DNA of 64,000 nt, taken from the NCBI GenBank assembly GCA_951828515.1, contig OX639992.1, positions 2,146,217 to 2,210,216 of the forward strand, given 5' to 3'. The position numbers and the translations under genes were made by a program. Source of the DNA: an uncultured Poribacteria bacterium. GTDB taxonomy: Bacteria; Poribacteria; WGA-4E; WGA-3G. The notes under the pieces were generated by a model, which worked only from the letters and a program-made list of their open reading frames with translations, did no database searches and was not told the origin of the DNA. This document shows, in pieces, positions 37,373 to 47,088 of this stretch. How positions within the stretch are numbered: the stretch's first letter is position 1; the number at the start of each line of letters is the position of its first letter.

Positions 37373-38146
37373 CTAATTCGTTTGTGCAGACGCGGTGAGC
37401 GTTGCCCCCACGAACGTCACGGCACAAAACAAACCAGTAATCAGCATAGAAAGTGCCCAAGTCGGCCCCTCTCCAATTGCTTTCATGGTGGTGTCAAGAT
37501 AGAGGCTCTGCCGAAAAGCGGCGAGCCCATACGTTAACGGATTGAGTTTCATTGTCCATTCTAACCAACCGGGCACACCCGTACTCGGAAAAAACGCACC
37601 AGAGAGCAGCCATATCGGGATCAGCAGGAGATTCATAATTGCATGAAACCCTTGCGTTGAGTCCATCCGCCACGCGATGAGGAGTCCGAGATTTGTCAAG
37701 CCTAACGCCAGAAGTGTCATCACACCGAGCGTGGCAAAGAGCGACGCTGTACCGAATCGGATGCCAGTCATGGGTGCAAGTATTAGCAGTAACACCCCTT
37801 GTAAAAGTGCTAATGTCGTCCCGCCTAACGCCTGGGCAAGCACAATGTGCCACCTTGGCACAGGAGCGACGAGTACGCCCTGCAAGAAGCCCTCGCGCCG
37901 ATCATTCACGACAGAGATTGTAGCGAAAATGGACGTAAAAAGCAAGACTAAAACAACGATACCGGGATAAAAGTATTCAATATAACTGACCCCATCTGCT
38001 GTATCAGAGGGCTGAAAGGAAGCACTCAAACCGCTTCCGATGAGGAGCCAAAATACCAAAGGTTGTGCGATAGCACTGAAGAGTCGGCTCCGCTGGCGAT
38101 AAAATCTGATGACTTCGCGCCACCATATCGTTGCAATCGGTTTCAT
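37373..38146 (-). CDS. ABC-2 type transporter permease
   Basis: Six TM helices and ABC-2 family topology. Sits immediately downstream of the ATPase. Confidence 0.6.
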   Translation of the reverse strand: MKPIATIWWREVIRFYRQRSRLFSAIAQPLVFWLLIGSGLSASFQPSDTADGVSYIEYFYPGIVVLVLLFTSIFATISVVNDRREGFLQGVLVAPVPRWHIVLAQALGGTTLALLQGVLLLILAPMTGIRFGTASLFATLGVMTLLALGLTNLGLLIAWRMDSTQGFHAIMNLLLIPIWLLSGAFFPSTGVPGWLEWTMKLNPLTYGLAAFRQSLYLDTTMKAIGEGPTWALSMLITGLFCAVTFVGATLTASAQTN

Positions 38147-38149
38147 TAG

Positions 38150-38245
38150 CAGTCAGCAGTCAGCAGTCAGCAATCAGTAAAGAGGTGTTCGGAGTTGAAG
38201 ATACCTCTTTCAAGTGATGGCTGATAGCCGATAGTCATTCCTCTA
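38150..38245. repeat. Hairpin repeat element (CAGTCAGCAGTCAGCAGTCAGCAATCAG ... GGCTGATAGCCGATAG)
   Basis: Direct reading; intergenic. Confidence 0.65.
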
Positions 38246-39181
38246 TACGAATGGATTACCCGTCAATTTTATAAACACATCCTCCAGTGTCGGTTTCCCA
38301 AATCGAACCGATTGAATCTCATCTGGAAAGGTGGCAACTAAATCCCGGACGAACTCATGTCCCCGTTCACATTCAACACGGATCAGATTGTCAGCCAGCA
38401 CCGGTGAAACGCCAAACCTCTTCGTAATTTCGGTGCAGAAGACTTCGTTGTCTATGCACTCTATGAGGATGACATCGCCACTGACTTCCGCCTTGAGTTC
38501 ATTAGGCTCTCCAAGGGCGACCAATTTGCCTGCGTCCAGAATACCGACTCTATTGCACGCCTCGGCATCATCCAGTAGGTGCGTCGTGAGGAAGACGAGG
38601 ATATTTTCTGTATCCGCGAGTGCGCCAAGATAGTCATTGAGTTGTCGGCGTGCCGCCACATCCAACCCACTTGTCGGTTCGTCAAGGAGTAGAAGACGGG
38701 GAGAATGCAGCATGGCTTTCGCGATTTCAACCCGTCTTTGTAAACCACCGGATAAGAGTTCCACACGTTCCTTCGCCCTATCCAAGACGCCAAAACGTTC
38801 GAGGAGTTCCGAAATTCGATCGCGTAGGGTTTTGCCAGCAAGTCCATAGAGGTGTCCATGGTGCCGCAAATTCTCAAAAACGGTAAGTTTGCCATCCAGC
38901 CCTGGGTGTTGGAAAACAACTCCCAAGAGCTTCCGAACTGCCTTCACCTCGGTGGTTAAGTCGTGTCCGAGGACACGAACGGTACCGGACGTGACCGGCA
39001 TCAGCGTGGACAGGATTCTAAAAAGAGTCGTTTTTCCACTCCCGTTCGGTCCGAGGAGCCCAAAAACCTCACCGCATGAGACGCTAAAACTGACATTGTC
39101 AAGTGCGCGCCGTGTTTGATATACATGCGAAAGATTTTTTACCTCAATTTGGTCGTCGGTGTATTGGAAACCATCAGCCAT
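38243..39181 (-). CDS. ABC transporter ATP-binding protein with C-terminal extension
   Basis: GPNGSGKTT, LSGGLQRR and LLLDEPTSGLD motifs. Start trimmed to MADGFQ because the upstream sequence is a repeat element. Confidence 0.75.
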   Translation of the reverse strand: MADGFQYTDDQIEVKNLSHVYQTRRALDNVSFSVSCGEVFGLLGPNGSGKTTLFRILSTLMPVTSGTVRVLGHDLTTEVKAVRKLLGVVFQHPGLDGKLTVFENLRHHGHLYGLAGKTLRDRISELLERFGVLDRAKERVELLSGGLQRRVEIAKAMLHSPRLLLLDEPTSGLDVAARRQLNDYLGALADTENILVFLTTHLLDDAEACNRVGILDAGKLVALGEPNELKAEVSGDVILIECIDNEVFCTEITKRFGVSPVLADNLIRVECERGHEFVRDLVATFPDEIQSVRFGKPTLEDVFIKLTGNPFV

Positions 39182-39227
39182 CGGCTTTCGGCTATCAGCA
39201 AAGAAATCCTGTTGCATTCAAAGATCG

Positions 39228-39290
39228 CGAGTACAACTCGCTCCTAATAAACATCGCGAGTACAACTCGCTCCTACAGCGGAGGTTTACG
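39228..39290. repeat. Direct duplication of ATCGCGAGTACAACTCGCTCCTA (hairpin GCGAGT-ACA-ACTCGC); a related copy lies at 54345-54380
   Basis: Direct reading. Confidence 0.75.
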
Positions 39291-39379
39291 GAACTTATGC
39301 CACCTAAACCGGCATTTCAAGGTTGACAGAACACTACCACAAAATCCCCGACTGATAGCCGACTGCTAACTGCCGACTG

Positions 39380-40162
39380 CTATTTAAGTTTCAGCGTGAA
39401 ATTCTGTGTGGCAGTACCGCCAGCTTCCACGGTAACAGAGGCAGGAGCACCGCTGTTCGAGCCACACGCCTCATGCCAATAACCGAGTTTATAGGTGCCT
39501 GCGGGAACATCTTCAAGTGTGAATTCACCGTTTTCGTTCGTCACAGCAAAATACGGATGCGGCACGTAAGCCATCCAAGCGGACATCCATCCGTGAATGT
39601 CACATTTTACAGCCACGGGTCCTTCCGCCTTTTTTACACCCGCAAGCGGCATTTTCCTACGGTTTTTCGTCTGCTGTTTGTTAACTGGCTTGTTGATACT
39701 ACTGAAGATATGGACGTTGTGATTAACTTTATCGGTGTTGAGCATCGTCAACCGAGCACCGACTGGAACAATTTGGACATGCGGAGTGAACTTGCAGCCC
39801 TTCTGATCAATTTCCAGTTTGGTGGCTTTGTCGAAATCTTTGCCTTTTGAAACGTCGATGAGGTAGACAATGGTATTTTTTAAAGCGTTGCCTTCACCAA
39901 CGACAAGCGATTCATCATATTTTTCAGTAGCATCACAGATTGCCTGATCTTTTGTGATTTCAAGTTTTTTCATCTCAGGCGCGCTGCCTTCAAACGTTAC
40001 TATGCCGCTAATTGTGCCACCACCGCTAACGCTCCCAGCAGTATAGGAATCAGGAAATACCAACATTTCCACTTCGCCGGCATCACTATCAGCCGCAAAA
40101 GTGCCACTGACATAACAGCAAGTGAGAAGCAAGGCAAGTCCTGCTAACAAATAGGTTTTCAT
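39380..40162 (-). CDS. Blue (type 1) copper protein, amicyanin/pseudoazurin-like, lipoprotein
   Basis: Lipobox LLTCCY. Upstream His (VNHNVHIF). C-x2-H-x2-M copper site (CDIHGWM). Paralog of 47089-47838. Confidence 0.5.
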   Translation of the reverse strand: MKTYLLAGLALLLTCCYVSGTFAADSDAGEVEMLVFPDSYTAGSVSGGGTISGIVTFEGSAPEMKKLEITKDQAICDATEKYDESLVVGEGNALKNTIVYLIDVSKGKDFDKATKLEIDQKGCKFTPHVQIVPVGARLTMLNTDKVNHNVHIFSSINKPVNKQQTKNRRKMPLAGVKKAEGPVAVKCDIHGWMSAWMAYVPHPYFAVTNENGEFTLEDVPAGTYKLGYWHEACGSNSGAPASVTVEAGGTATQNFTLKLK

Positions 40163-40169
40163 TTTTTCT

Positions 40170-40395
40170 CCTTTTTAATAGTTATCAGTTATCGGTTTTA
40201 ACCATCAACTCGTGCTTTAACATTTATAACAGAGGCGAGTTGATGGTTAAAGTTTTCAGTTAAAGCACTTTTTGATTCATCTACTGAACGTTGATAGCTG
40301 AAGGTTCATTATTAATTATCAGTTATTGGTTATCAGTTTTCAGTTAAAATCCCTTTTGATGCGTCTCAGGTATCTCTTGAACTGAAGACCAACAA
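40170..40395. repeat. Large hairpin-rich repeat element between gene 40401-42110 (stop) and the cupredoxin gene (start)
   Basis: GTTATCAGTTATCGGTTTTAACCATCAACTCG..CGAGTTGATGGTTAAAG and CAGTTATTGGTTATCAGTTTTCAGTTAAAATCCCTTTTGA. Confidence 0.6.
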
Positions 40396-40400
40396 TTTTC

Positions 40401-42110
40401 TTATGCATTTCTCCGCTGTACGACTGCCCGTAAACCGAAGAGCAGACCGAGAGAGAGAATTGCGATCAAAGGTGGATAAACGAACCGTCTTGAAGACGGA
40501 ACGGGTTCAAGTACAAAAGTATACCAACTGGACATGACCCGTTTTGTGTCAACATCGCCGTTCGCGCCATCCCATGCAGAGAAAGCGATAGGCACAAAGA
40601 CACCGGGTTCGAGTTGTAAGTCCTTCTTGTCCTCGGTCTTCAAGGCACGTTTCACCCACAATTTGTATTGTCCATCTGTGTAAACACTCTGTGTCTGCAA
40701 TTCGCCTTGCGCTTCCTGAACTTCGGCATTGCTGACCCCTTTAGCGGTGACCTCAGTTACCTGCTCAGGCGCGGAGGCTTTCCAATGCCACAGATAGACG
40801 GGGAGTCTACCCCCCCATAAGAAGTAAGGCTTCGGTGCGGTGGGACCTTGCGGCACCTTCACCGGAAATTGAATCGCCAATGCATCCTCAAGCGGTTGCC
40901 CCGTTGTCTCATCGGTTTCGTCACCAGTCGTGTGCGTCCGATCATCCCACGTGAAGAGGAACGCTACCTCCGTGTCGTTATAAAACGATTTGACGTTCAC
41001 GGAATCAATTGTCGGGTTAAACTGTCGAGGTTCGATGACTATCTGTCCAACAAGCGGGAAATGCTTAGATTGTAGCGTTTCCCACGCCGCATCATCCATT
41101 GATGGTAACCCACCTTGAAGGTATTGCGAACGGAGGACGTTGTTCCCAATTGCGGATTCGGGACGTTTTTCAGGCGCGAGGGATTTAACATAGTTCGCCA
41201 GATGCCAACTCTTTTCATAGACGACTTTCATCGCGTCATCATACGTTTGTTGTTCAGTTGCGGTCAACTCTATACCTTCCACCCGATTGAGCGCGAGGTC
41301 AACAGCGGCATCCATTTTCTCGTAAAACTTCTCGGATTCCGCTTCCTCTGCCTCCGTCATCTCGTCTTTGTTCTCCAATTCGCTGAGGCGTTTGGATTCC
41401 GCTACTGTTAATCCGAAATGCAAGAAACTATCGCCTTCAAATGCGGGCATAGGTGATCCCGCAATACCGCCGATAAACCGTTTGAAGATGGCTTCAGTGT
41501 CACCACCACCGCGGAAAGTCCAACTTTGGGTGAGATTCGCGGGCCATGTCTGGAAGCCCCATTCATCCGTTAGCGTAGGCGCAGACGTCCCGTCACCTCG
41601 TCCAACGTTACCGTGGCATTCGACACAACCGAGTTCAACATAAAGCCCCTTTCCGGTTTCCACGCTCTGCTCAGAGTAAGAGATTTTACCTTCCAAGTTA
41701 ATTTGCCGTGGCGGTGTTTCACTCTCTTTAAACCCATCGTAGAAGGTCTTAATATATGCCACCACTTCCCAGCGATCATCGGTACTCAGGGAAGTTTCCC
41801 ACCCCGGCATTGACGATCCGGGCATCCCGATGGTAATAATGTCAAAGAGATCCTGGTCCATTGGGAGTTGACCACTCTCTGTAGAACGAATCTTATACAA
41901 GCCGCGTGTGAAATCCCGCGGTTTCGGAAGGAGATTCTCAGCGGCGGAACCGTCGCCTCTCCCTTCAGTCCCATGGCAGTGTGCGCAACTCTGCTCATAC
42001 ACCTCTTTCCCTTTCTCAGAAGCCTCTGGAGCGTTCTGTGCGTGCGCTAACATCACAGTATATAGCAGTCCCAAAACCAACATCAGGAGAGTTACATTTC
42101 TGGTTCTCAT
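40401..42110 (-). CDS. Di-heme c-type cytochrome with C-terminal TM anchor
   Basis: Signal peptide. CAHCH and CVECH heme sites. C-terminal hydrophobic helix. Confidence 0.7.
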   Translation of the reverse strand: MRTRNVTLLMLVLGLLYTVMLAHAQNAPEASEKGKEVYEQSCAHCHGTEGRGDGSAAENLLPKPRDFTRGLYKIRSTESGQLPMDQDLFDIITIGMPGSSMPGWETSLSTDDRWEVVAYIKTFYDGFKESETPPRQINLEGKISYSEQSVETGKGLYVELGCVECHGNVGRGDGTSAPTLTDEWGFQTWPANLTQSWTFRGGGDTEAIFKRFIGGIAGSPMPAFEGDSFLHFGLTVAESKRLSELENKDEMTEAEEAESEKFYEKMDAAVDLALNRVEGIELTATEQQTYDDAMKVVYEKSWHLANYVKSLAPEKRPESAIGNNVLRSQYLQGGLPSMDDAAWETLQSKHFPLVGQIVIEPRQFNPTIDSVNVKSFYNDTEVAFLFTWDDRTHTTGDETDETTGQPLEDALAIQFPVKVPQGPTAPKPYFLWGGRLPVYLWHWKASAPEQVTEVTAKGVSNAEVQEAQGELQTQSVYTDGQYKLWVKRALKTEDKKDLQLEPGVFVPIAFSAWDGANGDVDTKRVMSSWYTFVLEPVPSSRRFVYPPLIAILSLGLLFGLRAVVQRRNA

Positions 42111-42112
42111 TT

Positions 42113-42889
42113 TTAGTGTGCCTCCCCAAAGGTTCGGAACTGATAACCGGTGTAGTCAGATAGGAAGAGGATTACGTCCCAAATTTCGTCTTCTGTCAAG
42201 TGGTTTTCCCAGATAGGCATCGCTGAATCCCAAGGTGTGCCAGCTGCAGGTAACCCCGGTCCGCCTTTGGCTATTCGCCAAAAAAAGAAACCTTCTTGGA
42301 AGTTCGGGATAATCCCTGGATCTTGGAAATTAGCGGGTAGCGGTTGGAGGTGAGACGCAAAGTGTCCCTGCCCATCAAGGTGATCCCCATGGCAGTAAAA
42401 GCAGTTGTTATAATAAACACGCCTGCCGTTCTCAACATGCGCTTTGAACGCATCTGGATCGTCCTTTTCATAATGCCGGAAAGGGTTCACGACATCTTGC
42501 ATCGTGCCAATAACCTCATCTTTGTAGGTTAATTCAAGCGGAGGCGATGGATGAGCATCACGTGGACTCCCCGGTGGATTCGCGCGCTGGGCGATAATCG
42601 AATAGGTATAACCGAGCAGGAACAACGGGATTAACACCGCGACAACACGGCGGCGGACACGGCGATTGTTATCGGTGAGGGTTTCATGAATAGGGCGCAG
42701 AAATTCGCGAAATAGTGAATCCTCAACGGAGATATGCACCAAGATAGCAATTATAATCAACCCCATATACATCGCAATCACGCTGCCTGGTATCGGTACT
42801 GAGACGATACCGCCAACGGCAAACCGTAGTACAGCCCAAGAACCAATCAGAATTATGAGACATATTGTGAAGAGTGACAGTCTTTTCAT
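42113..42889 (-). CDS. Membrane-anchored mono-heme cytochrome c
   Basis: Three N-terminal TM helices. CFYCHGDHL. Confidence 0.65.
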   Translation of the reverse strand: MKRLSLFTICLIILIGSWAVLRFAVGGIVSVPIPGSVIAMYMGLIIIAILVHISVEDSLFREFLRPIHETLTDNNRRVRRRVVAVLIPLFLLGYTYSIIAQRANPPGSPRDAHPSPPLELTYKDEVIGTMQDVVNPFRHYEKDDPDAFKAHVENGRRVYYNNCFYCHGDHLDGQGHFASHLQPLPANFQDPGIIPNFQEGFFFWRIAKGGPGLPAAGTPWDSAMPIWENHLTEDEIWDVILFLSDYTGYQFRTFGEAH

Positions 42890-42890
42890 C

Positions 42891-43334
42891 TTTTAATATT
42901 ACCTTGCGGTTCGGTTAGGCAGGTTTCATGAATAAAGTGCCTTTACGTATATCCGTCCTCCATTACATTACGGACTATGGCTTAGAGGGTTATCGGTTGT
43001 CAGGCACCGGTTTTTTATTCCGCCGGAATTGCCTCCGCTTTTAATATTACCTTGCGGTTCGGTTAGGCAGGTTTCATGAATAAAGTGCCTTTACGTATAT
43101 CCGTCCTCCATTACATTACGGACTATGGTTTAGAGGGTTATCGGTTGTCAGGCACCGGTTTTTTATTCCGCCGGAATTGCCTCCGCTTTTAATATTACCT
43201 TGCGGTTCGGTTAGGCAGGTTTCATGAATAAAGTGCCTTTACGTATATCCGTCCTCCATTACATTACGGACTATGGTTTAGAGGGTTATCGGTTGTCAGG
43301 CACCGGTTTTTTATTCCGCCGGAATTGCCTCCGC
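42891..43334. repeat. Three tandem copies of a 148-bp unit, each containing the leader-family head TTTTAATATTACCTTGCGG and core ATATCCGTCCTCCATTACATTACGGACTATGG
   Basis: Unit starts at 42891, 43039 and 43187. The last copy overlaps the 3' end of the upstream cytochrome gene. Confidence 0.85.
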
Positions 43335-44822
43335 TGCCCCTTCAGAAACTGCTTCCGCTGTTGCCCCCGTAAGCGTGCTTAAGAAAGAGAGCAAATTGCT
43401 CATATCCGACACTGATAACAGTAGCGGGAAGTTTTCGGGCATCGGCGATGTAACGAATAATTTTTTGCCAGAGGCACGGGTAAAGGTGGCTTCCTCAAGA
43501 TCAAAAAAGGGATCAAATACCTCTTCACTCCCATCAACCATTAAGACAATCTCGTCGTCCATCGTGCCTGAAACGTAGTCGCCAACAATTTCATCGCCAT
43601 CAAAAGTGAGAACAGTCATCTGGCTTTTTACATCTGTCTTAGAAAATGTCCGATCTTCGCCGCCGACTTTTAGCGTTACAGTGTCTTCGGTTTCGGAAAC
43701 AATTTCACCGCTCACCGGAGCATCCGCATCCGCAGGCGTTAGCGTCAATGTGAAATAACCCCTCACTTGTAGATTCGTGAGATCCTCAATCGGCTCGTCA
43801 TCAAGTTCGCTCAATAAGAGGGTATGCTCCTCTTCCACGCCATCTGCCGTTTTGGTTCGGACGACAATCTGTTCTGTATCCTGCGAGACAAGCGTTCCCT
43901 GCAAGGTCGTTCCATTGGCACGGACGGTAACGGCACCATAACCGCTTACAATCTGCGCACTCGGTTTCAGGACCGATTCCTCAAGATACCGCATATCGTT
44001 AAAAGCAGCAATTTCAGAGAGGTCTGGTGCAGTGACGACTTCAAAATCTGTACTCGCCTCACCCGTAGCTGGACTTTCTATACCTATCACAGCGTGGCAC
44101 GAGATACACGCCGCAGTCACAAACACCTTTTTGCCGAGTTCTGGATCACCCGTAAGCACGGGTGGGAGTGCCGCTGCCATTGTCCCTGCATCTGCCCGAT
44201 CTATCGGTTCATTAAAGGGTGTCGGATCGATTTCCCCCCCTTGGCTCTGCAGATAGGCAATAACGGCTTCAATTTCCAGTTTTGAGAGAGCAATGGGAGC
44301 CTTCCAAATTTCTGGCATAATCTTGCCGTATCCGGGCACAAGATACTTAGCCGGCTCGTAGAGCGATTCGATGAGATAGGTTTTCGCGTCCGTGCCGGGT
44401 ACGCGACTTGCGGCGTTAATGCCAATGTCCGTGAGATCAGGACATCTCCCTTTCGGTGCAGAGGTATCGACGGTATGGCACGCGCTACACTGCCCTTTTC
44501 CGTTAAACACCAAGGCTCCCTGCTCAGCGACAGCGTCTGGATCGCTCCAATCCAGCTCAGTCAGATTCACCGCTGTGGAACTTTCTGGGACAAGCCCCGC
44601 GACAAAGGCGTAAAACCATATCACGGCAAGCGAAAACGTCAACAACTTCATGACGTTCGACCACAAAACGATATTTACGATTACCGAGATGAGAAACCAG
44701 ACCGACCACGGTAGCAAGTTCTCCGAAGCAATCGGAAACGCGGACGCCCCTGCAATATAGGCGATGAAACTTACCACCATTAAGATGAGACTCGCAATTT
44801 TAATGAGCGTATTTCTTGACAT
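43311..44822 (-). CDS. Membrane-anchored di-heme cytochrome c
   Basis: Three N-terminal TM helices. CSACH and CISCH. Confidence 0.65.
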   Translation of the reverse strand: MSRNTLIKIASLILMVVSFIAYIAGASAFPIASENLLPWSVWFLISVIVNIVLWSNVMKLLTFSLAVIWFYAFVAGLVPESSTAVNLTELDWSDPDAVAEQGALVFNGKGQCSACHTVDTSAPKGRCPDLTDIGINAASRVPGTDAKTYLIESLYEPAKYLVPGYGKIMPEIWKAPIALSKLEIEAVIAYLQSQGGEIDPTPFNEPIDRADAGTMAAALPPVLTGDPELGKKVFVTAACISCHAVIGIESPATGEASTDFEVVTAPDLSEIAAFNDMRYLEESVLKPSAQIVSGYGAVTVRANGTTLQGTLVSQDTEQIVVRTKTADGVEEEHTLLLSELDDEPIEDLTNLQVRGYFTLTLTPADADAPVSGEIVSETEDTVTLKVGGEDRTFSKTDVKSQMTVLTFDGDEIVGDYVSGTMDDEIVLMVDGSEEVFDPFFDLEEATFTRASGKKLFVTSPMPENFPLLLSVSDMSNLLSFLSTLTGATAEAVSEGAAEAIPAE

Positions 44823-45171
44823 ATTTTTAACTATTAAGTTTTCGCTCCGCTCTCCATTTCATTCCGAGCGGGTTTTGATTAAATAAATTGGGGTTAAGTG
44901 CCAATTTTGGTTCAGACGCGGCTGTATCCTTAACCGGGGTTACCAACCTTTTCCGTCAGCAATTCTTCCCGCAAAAGTTCCTAACGCCGTCGCCCACGGT
45001 GTTACCAGGCTTCCTGCAGTGACTGCCCCAGCAATACACCCAAGGCATGCGCCACTTAACGCGACCCGATTCCTTGTCCGTTTATAGCGAACCACATAAA
45101 AGTCAATATATTCAGGCGATTTGCCCAAAAACCGTGTCGGTCGTGGCGAAAGTTCCGTTCTTAGCCTTCTA

Positions 45172-47067
45172 TTAGTCATCACCCTCAACAGTAGCCGCTG
45201 CTTCGGCGGTAGTTGTTGCTTCTTGCTTCTTCTTTTCGCCCCACAAACCGAGCCAGAAAATAAACCCAACGAGTGCGAAGAAGATCACCATGATAATTGC
45301 TACCATGTTCACTGCCTCGCTGAGAAGCGGTGTAAAGGCATCAGCAGATGTATCCTGCATGACTCCGAAGATATGCCACGCCTCTCGAAGCCCTGAGCGT
45401 GCGTATCCCATCAGTCCCATTAGGGACGTAAACGTAATCGCCACGAGAATTAACACATACTGTGAGCGATCCGTCATTTCGCCCCATTTAATGGTGCCAG
45501 ACGTTGTCGCCTTGCGGTACATGAAAATATCAACGATTGTTACGACTGCCATCACCGCGAGTGCAATCAGGACCTGATAAGGCGTAAGGATATTGACACG
45601 TAAATCTGTCGGGACAGTAAATCCGACGATACCGATAACGACAATCGAGACCGTGGCAAGGAAGAAGGCTGCAGAAATGCCAATGTTGCCAATCTTTTTC
45701 CAATTCGCCGTAGGCACTTTACCCGAACGCCGATAAAATAGGAAACTCAAGAAGGTCGTGAGAATAATGATATTAACAGCCGTATTTTTGGCAGTCATCA
45801 AGCCGAACAAACCGAGGTGTGGGTGGTTTGCGCCGCCCATCGCGCTCAGTTCGCTGGCACTCGAAATCTTAGAGAGCGTCCGCGGGGTCATCCAGATTGC
45901 AACACAGATGATAATAACTGTAATCATATATGGACGGTAGCGCGCATAAATCTCCGCACCTTCAATCCGTCCCATGCCTGACCAGAGGTAGTAGTTTGCC
46001 CCAATAAAGAGCACACCAATCATCACTGCCTGAATGATAAATAGCCAAGAGAACAGGCTCCCCATCATGTTAATGCCCATCGTGTTATTGAACATGTAGA
46101 TTTCTCTACCGAGCCAATAGCCGAGGAAAGGCAGGGGTATCAATCCGCAGAGAGCGATGAAGTTGCCGGTATAGCCCATCCAATCGTAGTGCGCTTTGTC
46201 CTCTTTCGTCTTCGCGACGAGGAATCGGAACGCCGCATAAGCAGCTACAATGGAACCACCAAAGGCAATATTACCGACGAGTCGATGGATATTGACAGGC
46301 ATCCAAGTAAAGTTGTTGACGGCATCCCAAACGGTTCCCATGAACTCGCCTGTTGTCTCGTTGTGGAGCGGCACCGTCGTATGGCTTGTGACACCCTCCA
46401 TAGCGGTTTCAGGTGTAAGTGCTGGATCTGCAGCCAATTTCTCCTCTATCCAAGACTTACGTCTTCCCTCAGAGAGTACGCCGTATTGGGTTGCGGGACT
46501 GGTTTGGTAACTCAACCACGCGTTAGAAACGAACATAATCGCAGTGCCGAACACATTCAGAAGCACGCCGAGGAAGAGATGCCATCCTTTATGGCGTCCC
46601 TGCATCTTGTCCCATCCGTAGGAGTAAAGGTAAAGCGTAAAGGTCTCACCGAAGAATAGGATGACGTAAAAAATCATCGTCGGTCCAAATATCCCGCTGA
46701 GCTTTGTCATAACTTTGGGATAGCACCAGATGAGGACGAAGACGAGAACACCACCGAGTAAGGCTGTCGTCGAAAACGCGCCCATACAGAGTTTAATGAA
46801 CTCTTGCGCCATCCGATCGTATCGCATGTCCTTCGTTTTCCAGCCGATAAATTCGATGATAACAGCGAACATCGGGACACCGAGAATAAAAGATCCGAAC
46901 AACAGGTGGAGTTGGGCAGCGATCCACGCTGCATTTCGACTGCCGATCTTCGGGAAAGCGCGATATTCTGCCTCGGTCACGTCCTGTGCAAACACCGGTG
47001 CAACAGCTAATACCACATAAGCGAAGAGTACACAACCAAGTATAAGATAGAGTCTCTTTTTCGACAT
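45172..47067 (-). CDS. Large polytopic membrane protein of the respiratory cluster, at least 14 TM. The N-terminus resembles the heme b558 region of cytochrome bd subunit I.
   Basis: AAQLHLLFGSFILGVPMFAVIIEF resembles CydA helix 1. There is a long hydrophilic loop after TM5. No heme-copper His pattern. Confidence 0.35.
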   Translation of the reverse strand: MSKKRLYLILGCVLFAYVVLAVAPVFAQDVTEAEYRAFPKIGSRNAAWIAAQLHLLFGSFILGVPMFAVIIEFIGWKTKDMRYDRMAQEFIKLCMGAFSTTALLGGVLVFVLIWCYPKVMTKLSGIFGPTMIFYVILFFGETFTLYLYSYGWDKMQGRHKGWHLFLGVLLNVFGTAIMFVSNAWLSYQTSPATQYGVLSEGRRKSWIEEKLAADPALTPETAMEGVTSHTTVPLHNETTGEFMGTVWDAVNNFTWMPVNIHRLVGNIAFGGSIVAAYAAFRFLVAKTKEDKAHYDWMGYTGNFIALCGLIPLPFLGYWLGREIYMFNNTMGINMMGSLFSWLFIIQAVMIGVLFIGANYYLWSGMGRIEGAEIYARYRPYMITVIIICVAIWMTPRTLSKISSASELSAMGGANHPHLGLFGLMTAKNTAVNIIILTTFLSFLFYRRSGKVPTANWKKIGNIGISAAFFLATVSIVVIGIVGFTVPTDLRVNILTPYQVLIALAVMAVVTIVDIFMYRKATTSGTIKWGEMTDRSQYVLILVAITFTSLMGLMGYARSGLREAWHIFGVMQDTSADAFTPLLSEAVNMVAIIMVIFFALVGFIFWLGLWGEKKKQEATTTAEAAATVEGDD

Positions 47068-47088
47068 TTTTTATGGCTTTCGCGTTAT

